Shown: piece by piece, positions 48,820-63,200 of the stretch | How positions within the stretch are numbered: the stretch's first letter is position 1 | How the letters are laid out: each line of letters opens with the position of its first letter | NCBI GenBank assembly: GCA_950097015.1 | Contig: CATNEN010000005.1 | Span: forward strand, 3,410,001-3,474,000 | DNA length: 64,000 bases | Origin: Macrostomum hystrix | Lineage: Eukaryota > Animalia > Platyhelminthes | Direction of reading: 5' to 3' | The notes under the pieces: model-generated | The model's database searches: none | What the model was told of the DNA's origin: nothing | What the model saw: only the letters and a program-made list of their open reading frames with translations | Translations under genes and position numbers: made by a program

Positions 48820-48861
48820 TTTGCATCCCCCCCCCGAAACAAAATCCTGGTTACGCGCCTG
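48820..48861 (-). mobile_element. Probable right terminus (TIR) of the hAT element
   Basis: Reverse complement CAGGCGCGTAACCAGGATTTTGTTTCGGGGGGG, resembling CAGG..CGTA.CCAGG-type hAT ends; no partner found in the window. Confidence 0.55.
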
Positions 48862-50675
48862 GCTAAAACCATATTAGATGCAGGTGACAAGAAGCTGAGT
48901 TACAGTCATCATACCATCTGAAAACTGTCCCAAGCATTATGTACATATTTGCCTACATTGTCCAATAGGCAATGCTCTGTCTACAGCACAGATCCTTTCG
49001 TGATACAAGCTGCGAGTTCAAGGGCAAGGGGATCATGCAAGCCTCATCAATGAACAGGTGCAGCAGTACATAAAATTGCAGCTTTATGTGTCTAGCCTTG
49101 TCATTCAAGCACCTGTGTTACCCATCAATATAGTTGTTTGTTCTGATGCTATGCTTATATACACTCATGTTTTTGAAAAGTCCACATACTGTCAAATGAC
49201 AACCATGCATAGCTGGACCAGACAATAGTCACCTTAAACTGCCTATGAAGGACATGATATAGGGCCTATTGGTTGAACGCACTGGAAAAAAAGACAGACA
49301 CTGCTCATAATGTATTGTAATGTTATACAATGTCTCATGTCATGACTTTGTAGGAACCAAAATCAAAATGTATAAAAAAGACCAAGCACTGACAAGCCTG
49401 GCACCAAAAAGCAAAACTAATAATTCGCTCCTCCCATAGATACCCCGTACTGTACCCTCCATTGTTCTAGCTACACTTAAATATACTAAGCAAAGATCTT
49501 TCTCAGTCTTATGTCTCATAATTCAACCACAGCATAAATAACAATAAACATTCTTTCCTTAATGGAAATCTTACATTATTTCCTAAATGGAAAACTACCA
49601 AAATGACAGGCTACATTTTTCTACAGGGATGTACAGGCCATCCACATGTTTTCTTACATTGGTGTGGCACGTTCTTGAGCCAGAATTCTACAATTCCTAG
49701 TGCCTGCCTGCCACATTTTGATATGCCTGTCAAATTAGCTTTGTGCAAAAAAAACACAATAGGGCTGATCTAACAAGTGATAATTGACAAGTGTCACTGG
49801 CAAGGCCAATACTCAATAGGCTACAAATCACAAATTAGGCCCTTAAAATTAAGTTAATTGTGTCGTACATGGTATTATTTTTTTCCTTCTAAAAATATTT
49901 TCCTAACAACTAAAAACATAGCCTGCATGCATATCTTCTTAATCTTAGCTGGTTGCGATGCTCAACTCAAAGAGTGCTAGTGCACAAAGCTCATAAAATG
50001 GTCATACAATGCTATTGTCTATCGCTTGACGAAATTAGATTGTCACCCATTGTTTGCGAGATAAGAGCTAGCTTTTATATTTACTCTTATCTGTAGAGCA
50101 CAATATAGTTATCATTAGAAAGGCAGCAAGTTATAATAGTTATATTCAGTAACTTTTGTAAGCTAGGAATTGTAGTTCTAATCGATTTCTTATAAAGAAG
50201 TACATCCTGATCAAGACTTGAATTATTTCAATCAAATATTGATCAAATTGGTTATAATTATTTTAGTAATGTATTTTCGAACATTTTTTATGTAATATAA
50301 GTCTTATTTTTACCTGTTACATTTCACCAAGCCATTTGCTTTACTAAGGCATACTTTTCGTGCAAATATTTGAACTATACGGTGATTTGTTGTTGTCCAC
50401 AAATAGATCTGACCGAATTTTAAGAAAATAAGTAAATCATTGACAAATAATTTTATTACACGTGCTTAACATCGCTGACGAAACACAAAAAGATATGATG
50501 TATATCTACTCTAATATACTGCTTCGATCCTCCTGCGTGATAGTATGCTAGATGATACTGATAGTGATAGATAGTGTGATAGATACAATAGACAGTTGGT
50601 GTAGTGTAAATAAAATTGAGTTACTAATTTTGCTTATATTTACTAAAATCTGTTGACTGGTTGTATTGTGATTAC

Positions 50676-50687
50676 TATGACGTCATA
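50676..50687. promoter_or_regulatory. CRE/ATF palindrome TATGACGTCATA
   Basis: Perfect 12-bp palindrome in a CpG-retaining patch upstream of TMEM63. Confidence 0.35.
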
Positions 50688-52032
50688 TGTTCCTTTTTAT
50701 GTTTTGCTTAAAGTCTATGTTATGGTTGAAACATTAGGGCCTACATTAGAATTGCCAAATCAGTAATTGGTCTAGGTCTTTAATCTCTATTGGTCTAGGT
50801 CTAACTCTTAGGTAAAAACATTAATAACAAAGCATTTCTGCTAAATTGTTTTTAGTTACACATATATATATATATACATAGCTAATTTATCTAGTTTCAG
50901 CTGGTTAGCTGGGCTGTTCAAACACCAAAACATTTTGTAAACAGTAAAAATTGTTAGGCCCTATATTATTGTTGTTGTCGTATTATTAAAAGGTATATTT
51001 TAATGTTATAATATGGCTTTTTAAGCTCTGCTGATGTCTACTTAGTATTAGGTTTACAAAAGTATAAGGTAAAGTTACTGAATTAAAAAATTAAGAGTAA
51101 AACAAATTTACACAAAAATGAAATAATTTGAGTCTGTGTAATATATATCCATTTAGCCTACTTTGGACTTAAGTAAAAGTCATAAGCAGTATTATTAGGC
51201 GCCATACTAGTAATTTAATAATTGAGTCATGATTATTAGTTTTTCTGGTCTATTTTAATAAATCAGGTATGAAATCGGAACTTAAACTCTTTCTTTAAAT
51301 AATTATTATTTGATACATAGTTAGCAATTTTTTTCACTATTGAGATATAAAAGTATTGGCACCAAATAGACACTATCATATGTCTATTAAAGCCACTTAA
51401 AGCCACTTTGGCTTGAAAACTTTAAAACTGCTTTGGTCCAACTGTAGTGCATTTTGGACTATTTTACTATGTTTTGTGTTTATATTACATGTTTAAGGCT
51501 ACAAGGTTTCAAATAGACTCGTATATATTTAAGTAATGCATATGTATAAAAGCATAATAGGGGGAGAGGGAGAACTGTTAGGGTTTAATAACACGGACAG
51601 CTGTCTCTCTGTCCCACACACCAATGCTTTCTAGCAATTGTTTGCTAAACCTCTTTTTTCCATTCCTAGACTATATTGATCTATGGGTACCTTGCTATAT
51701 ATGTAAGTCATGTGAGTCATACAAGAAGAATGTTTAGAAGTGCTTTTTCAAGGCTTACAGGCCTCTTTTTATTGGACAATTTGCTGTCTAATTCTTATTA
51801 CTTATTACAAACAAAATATTTTTGTAATCTGAATTCAATTAACTATTTTGTGGAACAGAATATTACCATTATAAAAATAAATAAAATTATGTCTCCTATT
51901 TATAGTGTTATTTGCTAATCTCTTTTTTATTGACATTATCTAAAAGGCTAAATTATAAATTACTGACAGTATTTCTTTCAAAATATTTTTTCTTTCAGCA
52001 TTCACTATTCTTTTTTACTTACTAACTCTGAG

Positions 52033-52909
52033 ATGGAGTTAAATGACACATGCAAGCGGATCAACACATATGGCCAGAGTAGCTCTTCAATTATTATTGG
52101 CTATGAAGGCATTCCACAAAATCTGATTTTAAATGTTATTACCAGCATAGTGAGTTTCTTTTTTGTTGCTTTATTCTGTTGTCTCTTGTGTCATGTCTCA
52201 GCACTAAGAATTTTACTATTATTCAATTGACTATCCTATGTTACTCTACCAAGAATATATTTTTACTCCATGAATAATCACTGGTAATTATTATCTTTCA
52301 TTACATCAATAATTACCTTTAATTCCATTGAGAATCACCTGCAATTCTGTCATGAGTCTCTTCTAATAACCTGTTATCTGATTCAGTGACATTTTCATAG
52401 CCTGTTTTGCAATTACTATTAAATCACATGTAAATCAAAAACATTTCAGATATTCATTCTTATGTTTCTTATCATCCGAAAGCTCGCATGGAGATACAGC
52501 CAATCTGCTCTAGTCAAAACCTCAGAGGAATCGTAAGTTCTCTTAATTTTTTAGATTTTTTTAGATTTTGTCAGAATATTTTTGTTAATAGATGTGTAAT
52601 ACATTCTGTTTTTCCATAAATTGCACTTTTAGTAATGTCTTCTTTGGAATAGTTTCACTATGCACATAACTCAGACAGTGGTAGTGATACCCTAGTTGTG
52701 GTTTATCAACTGTTGTGTGTAAATGTACTTGCATCCATTTAATTTACTTATTGCATGATACATACAAACACATATACCATTATCTGTTAGGACACAACGT
52801 CAGTTGAGAAGGTATGTAAAGCACATGTTGTACTTAGTAATAAAAAAATAAATTAAAATATGTTATTGTTTCAAACAATGTTTATTTTGTGCTTCAGTTC
52901 ATGCAAACC

Positions 52910-52948
<39 letters not shown>

Positions 52949-55900
52949 TTATTTATTGATATATATTGTAGTTGTTATCCTGTTCAAAGTTTCGGCATGT
53001 TAATGAAGTGTTTTGTTTAAAATGCAATGCATAAATGCATATACCATGTTTGTTTTAACTAAATAGTATTCAAAAATGGTGTCTAGAACCCAGTGGTTAT
53101 TAAGTAGGTTAAGGCATGTCTGTGTTTCTTTTTAGTGAGTTTTTTGTTTATTTCACTTTAGTCTTAGAATACTTGGACTCTAATTTACCTCCTAATTAAT
53201 ACTGTACCTATGTGTGCATACACATGTGAAATGTATTTAAATGTTTATTTTATAGTTTAGTATGAAAGTTCCTTAGATTTATAAATTTAGCTTTATCAGT
53301 TGTCAGGTTTTCAACAAATTAACTCGAATTAAATCGAATTCTATCTGTTTGTAATATATTTTCGTAACAATTAAACCCACATTCATATTGTTTTCAGTCA
53401 ATTGCTTAAGAAACATCGGGACTACAATGTGTATGTTTTTTTAATTTAATAAACAATTCATTTTATTGTGTTTTTAATGTTCCTATCTGCAAGGAATCAG
53501 GTGTCAAGTATTTTCTTGTGCACTTAATAATTTATGATCCACTAGTTGTTTTTAACGCGTGTGCGTTTTACATTTTTTGCGACTAATTAACTAGTGTGAG
53601 AATTAAATCAATCAGATAATTAATAGTAGTTCTAATGATGAATGATGAGAACATTTCAGCGCGCACTTATTCAACCAAGTCATGATTCTTAGAGTTCTCA
53701 GTTCATACTAGTCCTAATAAGTCCTAATTCAAATTAATCCTAAATTAATCCTCTGTAATTTAGAATTTACTATTTTACGAATCAAGTGTGCAAGCCCATT
53801 ACATTAGTTGATAAAGATTAATTCACATTTCAAAGCACCTTTTAAAGGTGCTGGTTTTTTTCTCACGAACTATTTAATTAATAATTTTCAGTCTAAAATA
53901 TGGAATAGTTTTAACCAGAAAAAATGAACATTGGGTAGCACATTAGTAACAGTAAAGTGTTTTACCTGTTACTAGACTTCTAGGTTAGGTCGCTTTATTA
54001 GTTCTCCAACAGGTGTTGCAGTGAAACGGTAACTTGGTCTAATAATGATTGGTTTGTCTAGTGATTTTGTGCTTCAGTCTACTTGTCATGGAATAATTAT
54101 TCCCTAAAAATTACTAGCGTTAGGTGGCTTCGATTTGCTGTTTTTCTTCCTGGTTAAATTGTGTAATAATAAAAGTGCTTCTCCGAACTGCTCAATCGTA
54201 TTGTTTGTGGTTGTGAGTGTAACATCTCTGAACACATCCTGCACCGTTTTCAGTTGGTCCCAATTCTTCTACGGCAACCTGTGGAGGCATCGTTCCTCTG
54301 TCGCTTCACTGGATGACGAAGCTGGAGCTGAGGCGCAGAATACTTTAACCAGACAGTCAAGTAATATTCCAAAGGTATCATCTCGAATGGAAAATGACTT
54401 TGGATTAGGACATGCCTTCGCACGATCGGACAGCATTGAGCAACAGAATCAAGTGAGTTTTAAAGTCAGACGACTTTGTCGGACTTAACAAGCCTCCGTT
54501 TTTAACAATATAGCACCGAAACTTACACACCATGCAGAAACTCCACAGACCTGAAACTGAGAGACTCCACAGACTAGAAACTCCACAGACTAGATACTCC
54601 ACAGACTAGATACTCCACAGACTAGATACTCCACAGACTAGATACTCCACAGACTAGAAACTCCACAGACTAGATACTCCACAGACTAGATACTCCACAG
54701 ACTAGATACTCCACAGACTAGATACTTCACAGACTAGATACTCCACAGACTAGAAACTTCACAGACTAGATACTCCACAGACTAGATACTCCACAGACTA
54801 GATACTCCACAGACTAGATACTCCACAGACTAGATACTCCACAGACTAGATACTCCACAGACTAGATACTCCACAGACTAGAAACTCCACAGACTAGAAA
54901 CTCCACAGACTAGATACTCCACAGACTAGAAACTCCACAGACTAGAAACTCCACAGACTAGAAACTCCACAGACTAGAAACTCCACAGACTAGGAACTCC
55001 ACAGACTAGATATTCCACAGACTAGAAACTCCACAGACTAGATATTCCACAGACTAGAAACTCCACAGACTAGAAACTCCACAGACTAGATATTCCACAG
55101 ACTAGATACTCCACAGACTAGAAACTCCACAGACTAGAAACTCCACAGACTAGATACTCCACAGACTAGAAACTCCACAGACTAGAAACTCCACAGACTA
55201 GAAACTCCACAGACTAGAAACTCCACAGACTAGAAACTCCACAGACTAGGAACTCCACAGACTAGATATTCCACAGACTAGAAACTCCACAGACTGGATA
55301 TTCCACAGACTAGAAACTCCACAGACTAGAAACTCCACAGACTAGATATTCCACAGACTAGATACTCCACAGACTAGAAACTCCACAGACTAGATACTCC
55401 ACAGACTAGATATTCCACAGACTAGAAACTCCACAGGCTAGAAACTCCACAGACTAGAAACTCCACAGACTAGAAACTCCACAGACTAGAAACTCCACAG
55501 ACTAGAAACTCCACAGACTAGATATTCCACAGACTAGAAACTCCACAGACTAGAAACTCCACAGACTAGATACTCCACAGACTAGAAACTCCACAAACTA
55601 GAAACTCCACAGACTAGATACTCCACAGACTAGAAACTCCACAGACTAGATATTCCACAAACTAGAAAATCCACAGACGAAATACTCTACAGACTAGATA
55701 CTCTACAGACTAGAAACTCCCCACACTACTGAATCTACAAGTACAAAGACCCAAAACATCAAAGTAAAAAAACTGCAACTAATACTTTTACTTATTTATC
55801 TGCCCAGGGTCTATTAAAAGGCATGATGTCGTTCATCCGGCTAACTGACGAAGATATTGGCTCAGTTGCTGGCAAGGATGCTGTTCGCTACATTAAACTA

Positions 55901-58900
55901 CAGCGCTATATGTTCGTCTATCTATTGATTGTACTTGTTCTGGCCTTATCCATAGTCCTGCCTTTGAATCTTCACGGCACACGGGCTGGTCAGCCGGGAG
56001 ATTTTGTTCGCACGACTATCACGAATGTACAGGGCGACTCTCTGTCGCTGTGGGTGCACGCCATTTTATCAGGCGCCTACATGCTATTGGCTGCGCTGTT
56101 CATGTGTCATTACAGTCGTCACGTAGTGTCCTACGATGTCTATAGCGTCAATCGGAGCTGTTTGATGATTAAAAATGTGCCAACATCAACGCTGGACGAG
56201 ATGGCCATCAGAGAGCACTTTCGGTGAGTCATTTATCTGCTTAATTACTTTGAATTTTTCATACTACTTTAGATTGTTGTTTGCATCAGTAGTATGAATA
56301 GCACGCAAACTCAAAATTGTGTTTTACATTTTCAGGGAGGCCTATCCAAATGTCATCGTGGAGAAAATAAACTTTGTCTTCGATATTTCAAAGCTGCAAA
56401 AGCTGCATGATGAAAGGTAGAATGTGCAGTTTTCTATGTTTCATTTTAAATCATTTCCTAATATATTTTCATTGAAAACTTTCGTTCTGGATTATCAAAC
56501 CGCTCTCTCTGTCGATCAAAGAAATCTAAATTGATGGCTCGTAAAAAGTACTTAACCATCAAGCTTATTGATTCTATCATGAGTTTATTATGCGTTTGTT
56601 ATTTTTATGTTTTTTTTATGTTAATGAGTTTATTAAAAAAATATGCATTAAACTATTAAACAATTTCGCTATTATATATTTTTGCGAATCTTCGCAATCT
56701 AGCGAAATATCTAGATTTAAACTCGAAATCTATTGATTTAAACTCGAAATCTCTAGATTTAAACTCGAAATCTCTAGATTTAAACTCGAAATCACTAGAT
56801 TTAAACTTGAAATCTCTAGATTTAAACTCGATATCTCTAGATTTAAACTCGAAATCTCTTGATTTAAACTCGAAATCTCTAGATTTAAACTCGAAATCTA
56901 TTGATTTAAACTCTAAATCTCTAGATTTAAACTCTAAATCTCTAGATTTAAACTCCAATCTCTAGATTTAAACTCTAATCTCTAGATTTAAACTCGAAAT
57001 CTCTAGATTTAAACTCGAAATCTCTAGATTTAAACTCGAAATCTCTAGATTTAAACTCTAAATCTCTAGATTTAAACTCCAATCTCTAGATTTAAACTCT
57101 AATCTCTAGATTTAAACTCGAAATCTCTAGATTTAAACTCGAAATCTCTAGATTTAAACTCGAAATCTCTAGATTTAAACTCGAAATCTCTAGATTTAAA
57201 CTCCCATCTCTAGATTTAAACTCGAAATCTCTAGATTTAAACTCCAGTCTCTAGATTTAAACTCGAAATCTCTTTATTTAAAGTCGAAATCTCTTGATTT
57301 AAACTCGAAATCTCTAGATTTAAACTCGAAATCTCTAGATTTAAACTCCAATCTCTAGATTTAAACTCGAAATCTCTAGATTTAAACTCGAAATCTCTTG
57401 ATTTAATCTCCAGTCTCTAGATTTAAACTCGATATCTCTAGATTTAAACTCGAAATCTCTAGATTTAAACTCGAAATCTCTAGATTTAAACTCGAAATCT
57501 CTAGATTTAAACTCGAAATCTCTTGATTTGAACTCGAAATCTCTAGATTTAAACTCTAAATCTCTTGATTTAAACTCGAAATCTCTAGATTTAAACTCGA
57601 AATCTCTAGATTTAAACTCCAATCTCTTGATTTGAACTCGAAATCTCTAGATTTAAACTCGAAATCTCTAGATTTAAACTCCAATCTCTTGATTTAAACT
57701 CGAAATCTCTAGATTTAAACTTGAAATCTTTAGATTTAAACTCCCATCTCTAGATTTAAACTCCCATCTCTAGATTTAAACTCAAAATCTCTAGATTTAA
57801 ACTCCAGTCTCTAGATTTAAACTCGAAATCTCTAGATTTAAACTCAAAATCTCTTGATTTAAACTCGAAATCTCTTGATTTAAACTCGAAATCTCTAGAT
57901 TTAAACTCGAAATCTCTAGATTTAAACTCCAATCTCTAGATTTAAACTCGAAATCTCTAGATTTAAACTCAAAATCTCTTGATTTAATCTCCAGTCTCTA
58001 GATTTAAACTCGATATCTCTAGATTTAAACTCGAAATCTCTAGATTTAAACTCGAAATCTCTAGATTTAAACTCGAAATCTCTAGATTTAAACTCGAAAT
58101 CTCTAGATTTAAACTCGAAATCTCTAGATTTAAACTCGAAATCTCTAGATTTAAACTCCAATCTCTTGATTTGAACTCGAAATCTCTAGATTTAAACTCG
58201 AAATCTCTAGATTTAAACTCCAATCTCTTGATTTAAACTCGAAATCTCTAGATTTAAACTTGAAATCTTTAGATTTAAACTCCCATCTCTAGATTTAAAC
58301 TCCCATCTCTAGATTTAAACTCAAAATCTCTAGATTTAAACTCCAGTCTCTAGATTTAAACTCGAAATCTCTAGATTTAAACTCAAAATCTCTTGATTTA
58401 AACTCGAAATCTCTTGATTTAAACTCGAAATCTCTAGATTTAAACTCGAAATCTCTAGATTTAAACTCCAATCTCTAGATTTAAACTCGAAATCTCTAGA
58501 TTTAAACTCGAAATCTCTTGATTTAATCTCCAGTCTCTAGATTTAAACTCGATATCTCTAGATTTAAACTCGAAATCTCTAGATTTAAACTCGAAATCTC
58601 TAGATTTAAACTCGAAATCTCTAGATTTAAACTCGAAATCTCTTGATTTGAACTCGAAATCTCTAGATTTAAACTCTAAATCTCTTGATTTAAACTCGAA
58701 ATCTCTAGATTTAAACTCGAAATCTCTAGATTTAAACTCCAATCTCTTGATTTGAACTCGAAATCTCTAGATTTAAACTCGAAATCTCTAGATTTAAACT
58801 CCAATCTCTTGATTTAAACTCGAAATCTCTAGATTTAAACTTGAAATCTTTAGATTTAAACTCCCATCTCTAGATTTAAACTCCCATCTCTAGATTTAAA

Positions 58901-60169
58901 CTCAAAATCTCTAGATTTAAACTCCAGTCTCTAGATTTAAACTCGAAATCTCTAGATTTAAACTCAAAATCTCTTGATTTAAACTCGAAATCTCTTGATT
59001 TAAACTCGAAATCTCTAGATTTAAACTCGAAATCTCTAGATTTAAACTCCAATCTCTAGATTTAAACTCGAAATCTCTAGATTTAAACTCAAAATCTCTT
59101 GATTTAATCTCCAGTCTCTAGATTTAAACTCGATATCTCTAGATTTAAACTCGAAATCTCTAGATTTAAACTCGAAATCTCTAGATTTAAACTCGAAATC
59201 TCTAGATTTAAACTCGAAATCTCTAGATTTAAACTCGAAATCTCTAGATTTAAACTCGAAATCTCTAGATTTAAACTCCAATCTCTTGATTTGAACTCGA
59301 AATCTCTAGATTTAAACTCGAAATCTCTAGATTTAAACTCCAATCTCTTGATTTAAACTCGAAATCTCTAGATTTAAACTTGAAATCTTTAGATTTAAAC
59401 TCCCATCTCTAGATTTAAACTCCCATCTCTAGATTTAAACTCAAAATCTCTAGATTTAAACTCCAGTCTCTAGATTTAAACTCGAAATCTCTTGATTTAA
59501 ACTCGAAATCTCTAGATTTAAACTCGAAATCTCTAGATTTAAACTCCAGTCTCTAGATTTGAACTCGAAATCTCTTGATTTAAACTCGAAATCTCTAGAT
59601 TTAAACTTCAATCTCTAGATTTAAACTCGAAATCTCTAGATTTAATCTCCAGTCTCTAGATTTAAACTCGAAATCTCTAGATTTAATCTCCAGTCTCTAG
59701 ATTTAAACTCGAAATCTCTTGATTTAAACTCCAGTCTCTAGATTTAACCTCGAAATCTCTAGATTTAAACTCCCATCTCTAGATTTAAACTCGAAATCTA
59801 TTTATAATGAAACTGTGATTTCTGGATGCACATATCGTGCCTATACTTCAAGTATTTAATACTCATTCACTCGCCTCTCCTAGCCTTTTCGTATCGGCCG
59901 TGCTGCAAGTGTGTCGCGAAGAGGCTGCTGCCGCTCAGGCCGATGCAACGAACGAACAGCGGCAATCGTCCCTTAGTTTTTCAGAATCAAAGTCGACCAC
60001 TGCTACAACTGGCAACGAAAATGCGGAAAGCCTCGACTCTCGTGTACCGGTGATGCGATGTCCCTGCACCTGGCTGTGTCGCGGCTGCTGCTGCGGCACC
60101 GAAGATGCAGTCAGTTATTATGCTAGGAGGCTGGAGCAGCTTAGCCAACTGCTGGCTCAGGAAACTGAG

Positions 60170-60207
<38 letters not shown>

Positions 60208-63200
60208 AACTTTTAGTGATTGATGGCCTCGAAGTGATTATGCCCCCGACTCTAGTACTTGTACCCAAGGTCTAGAGTTCAAATCCGCACCAAGGTACCA
60301 CGTACCTGATTTTAGTTGCCTTAAGCTGCCATTAAAGAGCCTTAAGTTGACACGAAATCCCCATTTTATCCCACTTATCCTCCCAGGGGTACCCTGGGAA
60401 TGAATGAGGTGAAATGTCTCGGCGTTAATTGAGTGCTCATTAGGGCGTTAATTGCACGAAAGGGCCCCAATCGGGGTAATTGATATTGGGTGTGGCGTCC
60501 CCCCAGTCCATGGACTAAACAGTTTTGCATAGCCTTTAAATGCGCCGCGATTTTTTTCTTAAATTCTTGCCTTTACCATGCGTTCTCGGAGTCATAGGCG
60601 GTTGGTAGCCTAGTGGTTAGAGCGTCGGACTATATGCCGACTTGATGGTCGGCTCCTGATGTTCGATTCCTGACTCCGCTGGGACAAAAAGTGTCATTAA
60701 GCAAAACACTTAACTCTGCATTGCTTCAGTTCAACCAGCTGTTAAATGGGTACCAGCATCAGCTGGGGTAATTAAAGGTGTATGTGGCGTCTCCCCAGTC
60801 CATGGACTAAACGTCGTACGCAGCCTTCAGATGCGCGGCGCAATAGCTGCGGCTGTGTTGTCGGCAGTACATCTGGCTCAATTGGGGCAGGTGTAATCAG
60901 CTATTATTTTTAGCGCAATTAATTATGATTTCTTAATTTCTCTTCTTCCAAACGGTTCTCCAGAACGCTCGGCGGCACCAATTGCCGGTGATATTCGTGG
61001 AATTCTCCAGTCCCCACGATGCTGCAAATGTCTTGGCAGATTTTCGGCACGCCAAAGGCCACATTTGCGGCCTGTTTCCGTTTGCCCGCCATTGGCCTTC
61101 TAGAAGCAGTCGATCGGAAACGTTGAATGTGAATGCTTGGAGTGTGAGTGAGAACTGATCTGCTTTCTCATATCAGCCGATATGTATTGAAAAAAAGTTT
61201 AATTAACACAATTGCTTTTGTTAGGCCTGTTACGCGCCTTATCCGGAGGATTTGAACTGGCAAAATCTTGGCCTAGCAACCAGCAGTTTTTGGTATCTAA
61301 GAGCCTTTATTATCAATGTCATCTTAGTGCTAGTACTATTCTTCTTTACCACGCCGATCTATCTCATCAACACGCTGAGATTGAATCGAATTAGCGCCAC
61401 TGTAAGTCGTGATTTATCTTATCTTATCTTATCTTATCTGAGTTAATAAGAAAATAAGAGGTGATAAGATAATAAGAGGTGATAAGATAATAAGAGGTGA
61501 TGAGATATTAAGTGGTGATCAGATATTAAGTGGTGATCAGATAATAAGAGGTGATGAGATATTAAGTGGTGATAAGATAATAAGAGGTGATAAGATATTA
61601 TGTGTTGATAAGATAATAAGAGGTGATGAGATAATAAGAGGTGATGAGATATTAAGTGGTGATAAGATAATAAGAGGTGATAAGATAATAAGAGGTGATA
61701 CGATAATAAGAGGTGATGAGATATTAAGTGGTGATAAGATAATAAGAGGTGATAAGATAATAAGAGGTGATCAGATAATAAGAGGTGATCAGATAATAAG
61801 AGGTGATAAGATAATAAGAGGTGATGAGATATTAAGTGGTGATAATATAATAACAGGTGATGAGATATTAAGTGGTGATAAGATAATAAGAGGTGATAAG
61901 ATAATAAGAGGTGATAAGATAATAAGAGGTGATAAGATAATAAGAGGTGATAAGATAATAAGAGGTGATGAGATATTAAGTGGTGATAAGATAATAAGAG
62001 GTGATAAGATATTAAGTGTTGATAAGATAATAAGAGGTGATAAGATAATAAGAGGTGATAAGATAATAAGAGGTGATAAGATAATAAGAGGTGATAAGAT
62101 ATTAAGTGTTGATAAGATAATAAGAGGTGATAAGATAATAAGAGGTGATAAGATAATAAGAGGTGATAAGATATTAAGTGTTGATAAGATAATAAGAGGT
62201 GATAAGATAATAAGAGGTGATAAGATAATAAGAGGTGATAAGATAATAAGAGGTGATGAGATATTAAGTGGTGATAAGATAATAAGAGGTGATAAGATAT
62301 TAAGTGTTGATAAGATAATAAGAGGTGATAAGATAATAAGAGGTGATAAGATAATAAGAGGTGATAAGATATTAAGTGTTGATAAGATAATAAGAGGTGA
62401 TAAGATAATAAGATGTGATAAGATATTAAGTGTTGATAAGATAATAAGTGGTGATCAGATAATAAGAGGTGATCAGATAATAAGAGGTGATAAAATAATA
62501 AGAGGTGAGACTATAATAAGATGTTAGAAGATGACAAGACATAAGGAAATTAGAAATACGAAAGGTAATAAGATGTAAAAAGTGGTTAAATAAGGGTTAG
62601 AAGGAGATATAAAACTTCTTTAGGTTAGAAATTTAATGATCACGTAATGAATATTGTTTAATAAAATTCGTCCCAAAATGAACATTTGTTGACAGTTCCA
62701 ACGCAACTTCGCCACTCAGTTCCTGCCGACCGTATTTATGTGGCTATTCTCGGTTCTGCTGCCTCTAGTTGTCTACTTTTCAGACGTATTTATTCAGCAT
62801 TGGTCTAAATCTTCCGAGCACTACGCTATTATGGTAAAGTGCACAGTATTCCAATTGCTAATGATTCTAATTCTGCCTAGCTTTGGCCTGGTGCGAGCCA
62901 ACGAACTAGTTAAATGGCTATTCTCAATGAGCGACGAGAAGTCTTACAATGCCATGCAAATTAGATGGCACTGCGTGTTTGCGTCCGAGAATGCGTCATT
63001 CTTTGTTAATTACGTCATCACAATGTCCCTAATTGGCAGCTGCGCCGATCTGCTGCGCTTCTCCGAGCTCATTGTCTACACTTTTCATTGGATGAGCGCC
63101 AGGTCTAGCGCCGAAGCTAAATTGGCTTATAAAAAAGTACAATGGGAGAATCAGTACGGCTTTAATTTGTCTTGGATGCTGTGCATCTTTGGCATTGTCA

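Noticed and set aside
49030-49130. MGNTGA*MT and HLFIDEACMI resembling Walker A/B (- strand)
   Set aside because: Different frames, stops, and only ~20 codons apart; cannot be told from chance without a profile search.
53630-53710. ATGATGA as a snoRNA C box
   Set aside because: No CTGA D box or terminal stem at a suitable distance.
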